Shown piece after piece: positions 1-9,646 of a stretch of DNA of 64,000 nt. This stretch comes from an uncultured Gammaproteobacteria bacterium. GTDB lineage: Bacteria > Pseudomonadota > Gammaproteobacteria > GCA-001735895. Numbering within the stretch: the first letter of the stretch is position 1; every line of letters starts with the position of its first letter. The DNA lies in assembly GCA_963835795.1 (NCBI GenBank), contig CAWIHJ010000074.1:14392-78391 (forward strand). The letters run 5' to 3'. The notes beneath the pieces are model-generated. The model had not been told where the DNA came from and did no database searches. It was given only the letters and a program-made list of their open reading frames with translations. The position numbers were made by a program, and so were the translations under genes.

Positions 1-638
1 GTAAGGAAAAAGCCGACCGCGTTGTGCCCGTACCACCACTGCACCATGGCATCCTGCACCCCGGCGTAGGCCGAGTAGGACTTCCACAAAGAAACCGGCA
101 GGGCAGCGCTGTTGAAGATGTGCAGCACCGCGACGGTGATAATGAAGGCGCCGAAAAACCAGTTGGCGACGTAGATGTGCGGGATGCGGCGTTTGGCGAT
201 GGTGATAAAGAACACTATCGCGTAACTGACCCAGACCAGCGTGATGAGGATATCGATGGGCCATTCCAGCTCGGCGTATTCCTTGCTGGAGGTAATGCCC
301 AGCGGCAAGGTAATTGCGGCCAGTACGATTACCGCCTGCCAGCCCCAGAAGGTGAAAGCGGCGAGTGCAGGAAAGGCCAGCTTGACGTGGCAGGTGTGCT
401 GTACCACGTAGTAGGAACAGGCGAACAATGCGCAGCCACCGAAGGCGAAGATAACCGCGTTGGTGTGCAATGGCCGCAGGCGGCTGAAGGTCAGCCACGG
501 AATGTCGAAATTGAGCGCTGGCCAGGCTAACTGCGCCGCGATCAAAACGCCGATTGACATACCGACCAGGCCCCACACGATGGTCATGATCGCGAATTGC
601 CGCACGACCGTGTAATTGTAGGTTTCTGCGTTCTTCAT
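1..638 (-). CDS. ccoN: cbb3-type cytochrome c oxidase subunit I (CcoN), N-terminal part; gene continues beyond window start
   Basis: Reverse-complement of 638..1 translates [68 protein letters not shown]..., the conserved CcoN N-terminus. ATG at 638-636 with GAGGA-like SD. No stop before position 1. The ORF track shows only the antisense artefact (24..530 +). Confidence 0.85.
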   Translation of the reverse strand, partial: MKNAETYNYTVVRQFAIMTIVWGLVGMSIGVLIAAQLAWPALNFDIPWLTFSRLRPLHTNAVIFAFGGCALFACSYYVVQHTCHVKLAFPALAAFTFWGWQAVIVLAAITLPLGITSSKEYAELEWPIDILITLVWVSYAIVFFITIAKRRIPHIYVANWFFGAFIITVAVLHIFNSAALPVSLWKSYSAYAGVQDAMVQWWYGHNAVGFFL

Positions 639-700
639 CTAAGGCGTCCTCGGGAATTGACTGACATCAGGCGGGTGAGTCGATGGGCTGCAAGCGGCCA

Positions 701-1303
701 TCAATAGGTAAAAACCGGTTGCAGGCCAAATCCCCACAGCAGCGCGGTCATCGCCAGCATCGCCACCAGCGCCACCAGTCCAACCGCGAGTACCGCCGAG
801 GAGTAAACAAAGCCGCGCTCGGCAGGAATCTGCATCATGATGGGCAGTCCCGAGTAAAGCAGGTAGACGGTATAGGCAAGCGCCGGCAGGCCAATTATCA
901 GGTTCAGCCACAGCACCGGGTAAACCTGCATGATGCCGATCAGGAACAGGGGGGTTGCGGTGTAGGCGGCGAGCGCGATGCACAGCGGTAACGGCTTGAC
1001 CAGTTCGTAGGCCTTGCCCAGCAGGTGGATGACCCAGCCGATGGAAACCACGCCAACCAGCAGCGCGATGTAGTAAATGATGGCGATCACCAGCGCCGAA
1101 TCGCCGGTAATGCGGATGGGGTCGCCTACGCCGATGCGCCAGCCGACCTGGGTGGTGCCGATGTAACCCGAGATTGCCGGTACCAGCGCGAGGATCAAAA
1201 TGTGACCCACCGGACCGCCACTACCGCTCTGGTACTGGTCGCGAATTTTTTCCCACTGTCGCGCAGGATCGCTGAAGAGGCCAATGATGTGCTGAATGAA
1301 CAT
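701..1303 (-). CDS. Yip1/DUF1282-family integral membrane protein
   Basis: 200-aa ORF with 5 hydrophobic helices. N-terminus MFIQHIIGLFSDPARQWEKIRDQ resembles Yip1-domain proteins. It sits upstream of ccoN on the same strand. Confidence 0.55.
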   Translation of the reverse strand: MFIQHIIGLFSDPARQWEKIRDQYQSGSGGPVGHILILALVPAISGYIGTTQVGWRIGVGDPIRITGDSALVIAIIYYIALLVGVVSIGWVIHLLGKAYELVKPLPLCIALAAYTATPLFLIGIMQVYPVLWLNLIIGLPALAYTVYLLYSGLPIMMQIPAERGFVYSSAVLAVGLVALVAMLAMTALLWGFGLQPVFTY

Positions 1304-1372
1304 AGTTAACCAAGCCTGGATTGGATCAAGATTATTATTCAGGGGATTATTCCCGGTGGAGGGACCGGGGTA

Positions 1373-1386
1373 TTGATTCAGGTCAA
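1373..1386. promoter_or_regulatory. FNR/Anr-type box TTGATtcagGTCAA (1 mismatch to TTGAT-N4-ATCAA) in the divergent yip1/ccoN - ccoI intergenic region
   Basis: Read directly in sequence. Sits between the minus-strand yip1-ccoN unit and plus-strand ccoI. cbb3 loci are classically Anr/FNR regulated. Confidence 0.4.
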
Positions 1387-1432
1387 GTTAATATCAGGTT
1401 AATATTGCATCGGTAGCCGGACTGTACATCCT

Positions 1433-3823
1433 GTGCATTCAACTATTTGCCGAGACCGGGATATGGCATCGACCCTTGCACAATATCCGCCCTTGACTGC
1501 CGCTATCACCGCGGACAGCCATTGTTTTCATTGCGGATTGCCAGCCTCTGCGGGTCCCGACCTGCGGCTGACCATCGATGGCGCCGAGCGTTCGCTTTGC
1601 TGTCACGGTTGCCTGGCCGTGGCGCAGGCCATCATTGCTGCCGGTCACGAGAATTTTTACCGGGTACGTACCGAGGTCGCGCCGACCGGCGAGCTGCTGG
1701 TTCCCGAATTTATTCGCGAGAGCGAAATCTATGACGACGCTGAAATTCAGCGTCAGTACCTGCACCGGCTGCCGGGGGAGGTTTGCGAAATCAGCCTGAT
1801 GCTCGAAGGCATTACCTGCGCGGCCTGTATCTGGCTCATCGAGCAAACCATCGCTAAACTGCCGGGGGTCGAGCAGGTACGGGTCAACTACACCACCCAG
1901 CGCGCGCTGCTGCGCTGGAATTCCGGGCGCATCAAGCTCAGCGAAATTCTGCAGGCGATACACCGCATCGGCTATCGCGCATTACCCTATGACCCGGGAC
2001 AACAACAGCAGCGCGATCACCGCGAACGGCGCGCGCAGCAGCGCCGGCTGGCGGTCGCCGGCCTGTTCGGTATGCAGGTGATGATGTTGTCCATCAGTCT
2101 GTATGCCGGGGCCTGGTCCGGTATGGAAGCTGGCTTTGTGCAATTGTTTCGCTGGCTTTGTCTCGGCTTGACGCTGCCCGTGGTGGGCTACGCGGCGCTA
2201 CCTTTTTTCAAGGCCGCCATGCGCGACCTCAGGCAACGCCAGGTGAGCATGGATTTGCCGGTGAGCGTTGCCATCCTGATTGCCTTTGCCAGCAGTTGCC
2301 TGGCGACCTTCAGCGGCCAGGGCGAAATCTATTTCGATTCGGTGGTGATGTTCGTTTTTTTCCTGTCGGCGAGCCGCTACTTTGAAACCATGGCACGCCA
2401 GCGTTGCGCGGCCTCGGTAGAGCGCCTGGTGCAGGCCTTGCCATTGACCGCGTCGCGAATCAATGCCGATACCGATGAGCTGACGACGGTGGCCGCCAAT
2501 ACGCTGCGCGTTGGGGAGCGGGTACTCGTCCGCCCGGGCGAAACCGTGCCGGCCGATGGCGTCATACTGCACGGATTCTCGGCTCTGGATGAATCACTGT
2601 TGAGCGGCGAAGCCAGTCCACTCGACAAGCGTCCCGGCGATCGCCTGTTCGGCGGCAGTATCAACGTCAGTCAGTCCTTACAGATGGAAGTTCGCGCGAC
2701 CGGCGCCGATACGGTGATGGCCGAGATCCAGCGTAGCATCGAGCGTGCCCAGGCCGACAAGCCAGCGCTGGCGCAACTCGCCGATCGTGTCGCCGCTCGA
2801 TTCATCAGCCTGGTGTTGTTGATCGTGGTAGCGGTGGGCAGTTACTGGTGGCTCGCCGATTCGCCGCTGTGGTTCGAGATTGCACTGGCGGTGCTCATCG
2901 TCAGTTGTCCCTGTGCCCTGTCATTGGCCACACCTACCGCCATCAGCGCCACGCTTGGCAAACTGCAGCTGCAGGGGTTGCTGGTGAAGCGCGCCACCGC
3001 GCTGGAAACGCTGAACCAGGTCACACACGTGGTGTTCGACAAAACCGGCACGCTGACCCGCGGTATTCCGAGCCTCAACCGGGTGCGCTGCAATTCGACC
3101 CTCGCCAGTGGCGAATGCCTGGCGCTAGCGGCAGCGCTGGAAAAGCACTCTGCGCATCCGCTGGCGCGCGCGTTGTCGCGCGTAACCCACGGTGAATCAC
3201 AGGTCGTTGTGGATAGTGTGAACAACGTTGCGGGTGGCGGTTTGCGCGGCCGTATCGAGGGCCGTGAATACTGGATTGGTAGCGCCGAGTTCGTCATCCG
3301 TGAAACGGGTGTCGCGTTACCTCCGGACTGGCTCGACAGCCTCGAAGCCGAGGCGGTTACCGCGGTGCTACTGGTAAATGCCGAGCAGGCGCTGGCGATG
3401 TTTACCTTTACCGATGAACTGCGCGGCGATGCAATCGCCAGTGTGGCGGCGCTGCAGGCGCAGGGCAAGGAAGTATTGTTGATGACCGGTGACCGAGAGC
3501 CGGTGGCGCAACGGGTCGCACGGCAGATCGGAATCCACGATTGTCGCGCGCAGTTGACCCCGCAGGCAAAAATCGCTGCGGTGCAGGAAATGCAGGCCGC
3601 TGGCGCGGTGGTGCTGATGGTCGGTGACGGCATCAATGACGCACCGGTGCTGGCGGGTGCGGACGTATCGATTGCGATGGCCGGCGCCAGTTCGCTCGCC
3701 AAGGTCAACGCCGACATCGTATTGATGCGCGACAAGCTGTCGGAGATTAGCCAGATCTTCGCCATGGCCACCAAAACACGCCGCATCGTCCTGCCAGAAC
3801 CTGGGCTGGGCGCTGCTCTATAA
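1433..3823 (+). CDS. ccoI: copper-translocating P1B-type ATPase CcoI/FixI (cbb3 maturation)
   Basis: N-terminal CFHCGLP and HMA GITCAACIW (CxxC) motifs; CPC; DKTGTLT; GDGINDAP. Start is GTG 1433 or ATG 1463. Apparent +1 frameshift near 3797 (extra C in ctgCCag): the true C-terminus RQNLGWALLYNFAAIPAAAMGLVAPWLAALGMSLSSLLVVLNAMRLTR continues in another frame to 3939. Possible pseudogene or sequence error. Confidence 0.8.
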   Translation: MHSTICRDRDMASTLAQYPPLTAAITADSHCFHCGLPASAGPDLRLTIDGAERSLCCHGCLAVAQAIIAAGHENFYRVRTEVAPTGELLVPEFIRESEIYDDAEIQRQYLHRLPGEVCEISLMLEGITCAACIWLIEQTIAKLPGVEQVRVNYTTQRALLRWNSGRIKLSEILQAIHRIGYRALPYDPGQQQQRDHRERRAQQRRLAVAGLFGMQVMMLSISLYAGAWSGMEAGFVQLFRWLCLGLTLPVVGYAALPFFKAAMRDLRQRQVSMDLPVSVAILIAFASSCLATFSGQGEIYFDSVVMFVFFLSASRYFETMARQRCAASVERLVQALPLTASRINADTDELTTVAANTLRVGERVLVRPGETVPADGVILHGFSALDESLLSGEASPLDKRPGDRLFGGSINVSQSLQMEVRATGADTVMAEIQRSIERAQADKPALAQLADRVAARFISLVLLIVVAVGSYWWLADSPLWFEIALAVLIVSCPCALSLATPTAISATLGKLQLQGLLVKRATALETLNQVTHVVFDKTGTLTRGIPSLNRVRCNSTLASGECLALAAALEKHSAHPLARALSRVTHGESQVVVDSVNNVAGGGLRGRIEGREYWIGSAEFVIRETGVALPPDWLDSLEAEAVTAVLLVNAEQALAMFTFTDELRGDAIASVAALQAQGKEVLLMTGDREPVAQRVARQIGIHDCRAQLTPQAKIAAVQEMQAAGAVVLMVGDGINDAPVLAGADVSIAMAGASSLAKVNADIVLMRDKLSEISQIFAMATKTRRIVLPEPGLGAAL

Positions 3824-3937
3824 TTTTGCTGCTATCCCGGCCGCGGCCATGGGGCTGGTCGCACCGTGGCTGGCAGCGCTGGGCATGTCGTTGAGTTCCC
3901 TGCTGGTGGTGTTGAATGCGATGCGGCTGACGCGCTG

Positions 3938-4135
3938 ATGGAAATCATTTACCTGTTGATTCCGATTTCACTGGTCCTGCTGGGATTGATCGTATGGATC
4001 TTGTTCTGGGCAGTCCGCTCCGGGCAGTTCGACGATCTCGAAGGCCCGGCGCACAGCATCCTCATGGACGAAGAACGAATCGTCGATCGGCGCGACGATC
4101 AGGCAAAAGAAAGCCGACGAAGTGGGCCGGCTTAA
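3938..4135 (+). CDS. ccoS: cbb3-type cytochrome oxidase maturation protein CcoS/FixS
   Basis: MEIIYLLIPISLVLLGLIVWILFWAVRSGQFDDLEGPAHSILMDEE is the canonical CcoS. ATG overlaps the shifted-frame ccoI stop (TGATGG). The track ORF 3866..4135 is the same frame with a GTG start inside ccoI. Confidence 0.75.
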   Translation: MEIIYLLIPISLVLLGLIVWILFWAVRSGQFDDLEGPAHSILMDEERIVDRRDDQAKESRRSGPA

Positions 4136-4199
4136 GTACTCTAATGTGACTAAGAGTAGGAGTCGAGTAGCAGTTTATGCCTGCCGAACTTGAGCGTAA

Positions 4200-4213
4200 T
4201 TGACCTGGATCAA
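4200..4213. promoter_or_regulatory. FNR-like palindrome TTGACctggATCAA located between convergent ccoS and hemN 3' ends
   Basis: Read in sequence; 1 mismatch to consensus. The position, downstream of both genes, makes a promoter role doubtful. Confidence 0.2.
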
Positions 4214-4219
4214 TTCGCG

Positions 4220-5617
4220 CTAAATCGTGCGTGAGAAAGCGTTTTGGGTTTTGGCTTGTTGCTGGAAGCGATCGAAGATCATGCAGATATTACGTACCAG
4301 TATGCGGCCCGCTTGTTGCACCACGATTTCATCATCATCGATAGTCATCAGCCCGTCCTTTATCATGTCCGCCAGTTGCGTCAGTTCGGTGGCAAAGTAG
4401 TGATTGAAGTCAATGTTCCAGCTGCGCGAAATGGCCTGCGTATCGAGCCTGAAGTGGCAGGTCAGTTGCTGAATGATGTCGCGTCGCAGCAAGTCATCCT
4501 GCGTACTCAGATATCCGCGTATCACCGGCAGCGCCGAGCGTGCGAGGCTTTCGTGATAGGCATCGAGATCGAGGGTGTTCTGGTTGAAGTTGTCGGCGAC
4601 ATGGCTGATCGCGGAAACGCCAAATCCAATGGAATCGCATTGCGCGTGGGCCGAGTAACCCTGGAAATTACGCTGCAGGCTGCGGTTGCGTTGCGCGATG
4701 GCGAGTTCATCGTTGGCCCTGGCAAAATGATCCATGCCAATGTATTCATAGCCCGCGTCCATCAGCTGGTCAATTGCAGCGTGCAGGATATCCAGCTTGC
4801 TGGCCGCGTCCGGCAGATCCTCTGCCTGGATGCGCCGCTGCGGCGGGAAACGATGAGGCAGGTGCGCGTAGTTGTACAGCGCGATGCGATCGGGAGTAAG
4901 CTCGATAATCTGCCGTAGCGTGTCGGCGAAACTTTGCCGGGTCTGGTGGGGCAGGCCGTAGATCAGGTCAATATTGACCGAGCGGAATCCATGCTGACGA
5001 CTGCTGTCGATCACCGCCGCGGTGGTCTCGAAGCTCTGTATCCGATTGACCGCCTGTTGTACTTTGGGATCCAGGTCCTGCACCCCGAGGCTGATGCGGT
5101 TGAAACCGATCTGGCGCAGGTTGGCGATATCGCCCGCATCGACGACCCGCGGATCGAGCTCGATCGAATAGTCGTTGCCAACGCCGCTGCGCAAGTTGAA
5201 GTGGCGCGTAATTTGCTCCATCAGTTCTGCACTTTGTTGCTGTGACAGGAATCCGGGTGTGCCGCCACCCCAATGCATTTGGCGCACCTCGCGATCGGCG
5301 TCGAACAGGCTGGCCTGGATTTCTATTTCGCGGTGCAGGTCGCGCAAATAGGGTTCGGCGCGTTCCTTGCGTTTGGTGATGATCTTGTTGCAGGCACAGT
5401 AGTAACAGATCGAACTGCAAAACGGGATGTGAAAGTAAAGCGACAGTGGCCTGGGAATAGGTTCCTCGTTGCTTTGTCGCGCCCAGTCGCGGTAATCGGA
5501 TTCGCCGATGCCGGGGTGAAACTCGGTTGCCGGCGGGTAAGAGGTGTAGCGCGGACCGGGCTTATCGTATCGGGTGATCAGGTCCTGGTGAAAAAGAGAG
5601 ATTTTCGGCATCGCCAT
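4220..5617 (-). CDS. hemN: oxygen-independent coproporphyrinogen III oxidase (radical SAM) HemN
   Basis: ISLFHQDLITRYDKPGPRYTSYPPA..., a CxxxCxxC radical-SAM motif (CSSICYYCAC) and GGGTPGFL. Length about 465 aa. Start chosen at the internal ATG (MAMPK); the ORF can extend to 5668. Confidence 0.9.
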   Translation of the reverse strand: MAMPKISLFHQDLITRYDKPGPRYTSYPPATEFHPGIGESDYRDWARQSNEEPIPRPLSLYFHIPFCSSICYYCACNKIITKRKERAEPYLRDLHREIEIQASLFDADREVRQMHWGGGTPGFLSQQQSAELMEQITRHFNLRSGVGNDYSIELDPRVVDAGDIANLRQIGFNRISLGVQDLDPKVQQAVNRIQSFETTAAVIDSSRQHGFRSVNIDLIYGLPHQTRQSFADTLRQIIELTPDRIALYNYAHLPHRFPPQRRIQAEDLPDAASKLDILHAAIDQLMDAGYEYIGMDHFARANDELAIAQRNRSLQRNFQGYSAHAQCDSIGFGVSAISHVADNFNQNTLDLDAYHESLARSALPVIRGYLSTQDDLLRRDIIQQLTCHFRLDTQAISRSWNIDFNHYFATELTQLADMIKDGLMTIDDDEIVVQQAGRILVRNICMIFDRFQQQAKTQNAFSRTI

Positions 5618-5667
5618 GAGCAGCTTCAATTGATGCGCTAATGTTACCGTGCATCGTCCTATCCGCA

Positions 5668-5681
5668 TTGATGTGGATCAA
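5668..5681. promoter_or_regulatory. perfect FNR/Anr box TTGATgtggATCAA upstream of hemN
   Basis: Perfect match to TTGAT-N4-ATCAA, centred about 57 bp upstream of the hemN start. Anr-dependent hemN expression is established in pseudomonads. Confidence 0.55.
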
Positions 5682-6867
5682 GGTTCGCAGTCCTTACCTT
5701 GCCTGATTGCAGCGCCGACCAGGCGCGCGAAATGCTGTTGCACCGGATCCCAGTAGGGCGACAGCACGCCGCCGTCGAAACCATCGGAACGACGCCCGGC
5801 CTGCATGCGCTCGATGATGCCGATGTCCTCGTGGTTGAGATCGTTCCAGTTCTCGACCACGTAGCGCCGCGCCTCGGCATATTTTTCGGCGCTGGCGCCG
5901 TCATCGACGAAATACAGCGCGATGGTTTCGCGGCAGCGATCGGCGGCCTGCGGCCAGGCGACGAAGACGTCCACCTGGTCGGGAAATATTTCGAAGCCGA
6001 AATTGGGAAACAGCACGAACCAGTCGCCGCGGTTCTGCTTGTCCGCCGGCAGGTTCGGAAACCAGGGCAACTGCCCGCCGCGCGCGGGGTCGGGCTTTTG
6101 AAAACGATAGCCGCAGGACAACACCCTGTCTTCGAAACCAGGCGGTTCGCGTTCATCCATACCGACGAAATCGTTCAGCCAGGGATGGCAGGAAAATACG
6201 TGGTAGGGCTCGATGAAATTCTCGATCGGCAGCTTCCAGTTGGCCTGCAGGTCGAATTCGAGCGCTTCACAAAAGCGCATCGCGCCGAGATCATAACCTT
6301 CGAGCTTGCGCTCGATCGGCGCGATACAGGCATCGAAATCGTCCGCATCGCCGCCCAGGTTGACGAACACCCAGTCGTGCCAGGTGACGCAGCGAACCGC
6401 GGCGAGGTCGGCGCGATGGCTGCCGCTTTGTTGACGTCGTGGCGTTCGCCACCGTGAAAGTGCGGCCGTCGCGATCAACTGGCCGGACAGGCTGTAGCTC
6501 CAGGAATGATTTGGGCAGATGAACTTGCGGCTGTTGCGGCACTCGCTCACCAGTTGGGCGCCGCGATGTCGGCAGACGTTGTGAAAAGCGCGGATGATGG
6601 CGTTTTCGTCGCGCACCAGCACCAGTGGCTGCCCGGATACCTCGACCGGTTGCATGTCACCGACTGCGCGAACTGATGCGCAAAACCGGCAAACACCCAG
6701 TTGTCGTGAAACAGGGTCTGTTGTTCGAGCTGGTAATAATCGGGGCAGGTGTAAGCCAGGTTGGGCAGGGCTGAACCCTCGGCCACCGGCCTGTCGAGTC
6801 GACCGTCATCGAGTTCGCGCAGGAAATCACGCTGAACCTGTTGCTGGGCTGCGCTTAGCCGGGCCAT
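5678..6867 (-). pseudogene. Rieske [2Fe-2S] aromatic-ring-hydroxylating/demethylating oxygenase alpha subunit (Stc2/GbcA-like), frameshifted
   Basis: Two overlapping ORFs (6867..6547 and 6655..5678) form one about 395-aa protein. N-part AYTCPDYYQLEQQTLFHDNWVFAGFAHQ. Rieske motif CRHRG...CPNHSW in the C-part. Lesion near 6660 (gg where ggg would be needed). Confidence 0.7.
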
Positions 6868-6972
6868 GGATCGCGATTATCGAATGAAAATAGTATTGCG
6901 ATATTTTGCATAAATGAAAATTTAATGCTAATTTTTCATTTTTCGCAAGCGATATTTACGCACCGGGAACCG
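6868..6972. promoter_or_regulatory. AT-rich divergent control region with inverted repeat (aatgaaaat...attttcatt) and direct gcgatatt repeats between Rieske and OYE genes
   Basis: Read in sequence; about 30% GC versus about 60% flanks. Likely operator and promoters for the divergent catabolic genes. Confidence 0.3.
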
Positions 6973-8924
6973 ATGTACGAACAGTTGCTGCAGCCCCTGG
7001 AGCTGGGTCCGACGCGGATACGTAACCGTGTCTTCAATCCCCCGCACGGTACCTCGCTGGGTCACGGCGGCACGTCACCGACGAGTTGATCGCTTATCAC
7101 AGAGCGCGTGCGCGTGGCGGCGCGGGCCTGATCATTCTCGAAGGCATGACCGTGCACCCCAGTTACGGTTTCGAGGAATCGTTTCTGTACGCGGGTAGCG
7201 ATCGCATCATCGACGGCATGCAGCGGCTCGGCGAGAGTTGCCGGGCGGAAGGTACGCCGGTGTTCGGGCAGTTGTTTCATGCCGGGCGCGGCGTGCGCCT
7301 GAGCCACGATGGTTCGCGCCCGCTGAGTTACTCCGCTTCCGACGTGCCCGACGAGCGCTATCGCGTGGTGCCGATGCCGATGCCGAACGAGATGGTCTGG
7401 GAAATTATCGACAGCTACGCCGATGCCGCCGCTAGGCTGGCGGCGGCCAATCTCGACGGGGTCGAGATACTCGCCAGCATGGGCTACCTGATTCCGCAAT
7501 TTCTCAATCCGCACACCAATCGTCGCGACGACGAGTTCGGCGGCGATGCCGAAGGCCGCATGCGCCTGTTGCGCGAGATAGTGACCCGTTGCCGTAAGCG
7601 CATCGGCGCCAGAGCGAACCCTTGGCGTGCGCGTGACGCTGGATGAGAAACGCGATAACGGTTATCCCGCGAGCACCATGATCGAGGTGTGCCAGCGACT
7701 GGAAGCTGACGGGCACGTCGACTATTTCAGCGTGATCTCGGGTAGTTCGGCATCGCCCGATGGCTGGATTCACGTGTTTCCACCGATGTCGGTGGCCAGC
7801 GGTTTTGTGGCCGACGATGCCGCCCGTTTGAAGCAGGCGGTCAACAAGCCGGTGTTGGTCGCCGGGCGCATCAATCAGCCGCAGCTGGCCGAGGCCATCC
7901 TCGCTGACGGTAAAGCGGACATGATCGGTCTGGCGCGTGCGCTGATCGCCGACCCCGAGTTCGTCAACAAGATGGCCGCCGGTCGCGCCGACGATATTCG
8001 CGCCTGCATCGGTTGCAACCAGGCCTGTGTCGGGCATCGCCTGGCGCATTTCCCGGTTTCCTGCATTCAGAACCCGGTCAGCGGGCGCGAGCTTGCGTTT
8101 GGGGTTAGCGAACCCGCGGCAACGGCGCAAAAAATCCTGGTCATCGGCGCTGGCCCCGCGGGCATGAAGGCCGCGGTGGTCGCGGCGCGAGCGCGGTCAC
8201 CTGGTCGAGCTGCATGAGCACGAAGCGCGCCTCGGCGGGCAGGTCAATCTCGCCGAGGCGTTGCCCGGGCGTGCTGAATTTGGCGGGGTGACGACCAACC
8301 TGGTGCACGAGCTGGAACGCGCGGGAGTGGCGATAACGCTGAACTCGCACGTGGACAAAGCTGCGCTGCGAGGCGATTGCCCCTGATCACGTGGTGATTG
8401 CGATCGGCGCCAGCACCCGACTGCCGGAGGTCGAAGTGGAAGGTATCGAAATGATTGATGCCTGGTCGGTTATTCGCGGCGACGTTATCCCCGGTAAACG
8501 CGTGGTGATTGCCGACTGGTCTTGCGACTGGTCTGCGCTTGGTGTTGCCGAGAAGCTCGCGCGCGACGGCCATTACGTGCGCTTGCTATCGGGGGGCAGC
8601 GTCGCCGGCGAATCGATCCAGGGCATCGTGCGCGACCAGTGGATCGGCGTGTTGCATGGTCTCGGCGTCGAAATGATTCCCTACGCCCGCTTCTGCGGTG
8701 GCGTCGACGGTAGCGCTTTCTTCCAGCATATGACCGGGGGTGAAGCCATCGTCTGCGACGAGGTTGATACCATCGTCACCTGTTACGCGTCCGCGTCGAA
8801 TCGCGACTGCGACTGGATCGAGGCGCGACCTGGCATGAGCGTGACTCGCATCGGCGATGCCATGGCGCCGCGCACGGTCGAGGAAGCGGTGCTCGAAGGC
8901 TGGCAGCTCGCGAGGTGTTTGTAG
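6973..8924 (+). pseudogene. NADH:flavin oxidoreductase (Old Yellow Enzyme TIM barrel + 4Fe-4S + FAD/NAD(P)-binding; StcD/DgcA/2,4-dienoyl-CoA reductase-like), multiply frameshifted
   Basis: Fragments MYEQLLQPLELGPTRIRNRVFNPPHGTSLGHGG | LIAYHRARARGGAGLIILEG...FGQLFHAGR | ...CIGCNQACVGH (Fe-S motif)...VIGAGPAGMKAAVVAA | ...VIAIGASTRLPEVEVEGIEMIDA... span ORFs 6973-7080, 7086..7646, 7627..8217, 8391..8924. At least 4 frame changes, near 7075, 7620, 8200 and 8385. Confidence 0.7.
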
Positions 8925-9545
8925 ATGGCCGCCAACGCAGCACGATCTGCTAACCAGCCGCTGGCTGACCTCGGTAACGAGATTCGTCAGTTGCGCAAGG
9001 TGCGTGGCATAACACTGCAGAAACTGGCGCTTGCGACGGGCAAATCGGTCGGTTTTTTGAGCCAGGTGGAACGCAACCTGACGCGGCCTTCGGTGGCTGC
9101 ACTACAGGATATATCGGAGGTGCTCGGGGTTCACATCGGCTGGTTTTTTCCGGAAGATGTCAACGGTTCGCCCGAGGAACGCGAACACATCGTGCGCCAG
9201 CCGAACCGGCGTCAACTGACTTATTCGAAACTCAGTGGCACCGAGTATCTCGGCTTACACGATCACCTGTTGTCGGCTAATCTCAACGGTGAGCTGGCGC
9301 TGGGTATATCGCGTTACGAACCGGGTGCTTCGACCGGTGATGATCGCTATGCCCACGATGGCGAAGAAGCGGGACTGGTGTTAGCCGGCCAGCTCGAACT
9401 GACCATCGAGGAGCGTGTGCACCTGCTCGAAGCGGGTGACAGTTTTTCCTTCAAGAGCAACTTACGCCATCGCTACGCCAACCCGTCCACGCACGAAGAC
9501 ACGCTGGTCGTCTGGGCCAATACGCCGATCACCCTGCGCAAGTAG
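8925..9545 (+). CDS. XRE-family HTH + cupin transcriptional regulator (PuuR-like)
   Basis: HTH ITLQKLALATGKSVGFLSQVERN. C-terminal cupin (HAHDGEEAGLVLAGQLELTI). ATG overlaps the stop of the upstream reading frame. Confidence 0.8.
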   Translation: MAANAARSANQPLADLGNEIRQLRKVRGITLQKLALATGKSVGFLSQVERNLTRPSVAALQDISEVLGVHIGWFFPEDVNGSPEEREHIVRQPNRRQLTYSKLSGTEYLGLHDHLLSANLNGELALGISRYEPGASTGDDRYAHDGEEAGLVLAGQLELTIEERVHLLEAGDSFSFKSNLRHRYANPSTHEDTLVVWANTPITLRK

Positions 9546-9570
9546 TTACTGTCATTCTCCTGCAATATTG

Positions 9571-9603
9571 TCATTCCCCGGTCCGACGCATCGGGGAATG
9601 ACG
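9571..9603. repeat. GC-rich hairpin gtcattcccc-N13-ggggaatgac (REP-like; no U-tract)
   Basis: Perfect 10-bp inverted repeat read in sequence, between the regulator and the convergent amidase. Confidence 0.3.
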
Positions 9604-9646
9604 TAATAAGGAGGTGGGAATGACGGGAAAGGGGGTGCCGGCAGCG

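Noticed and set aside
24-530. 168-aa plus-strand ORF at window start
   Set aside because: It is the antisense frame of ccoN. The minus strand encodes the unmistakable CcoN N-terminus. The plus-strand product is low-complexity with no homolog features.
9571-9603. Hairpin considered as an intrinsic terminator for the XRE-cupin regulator
   Set aside because: A perfect 10-bp stem, but no U-tract follows on either strand. Kept only as a REP-like repeat.
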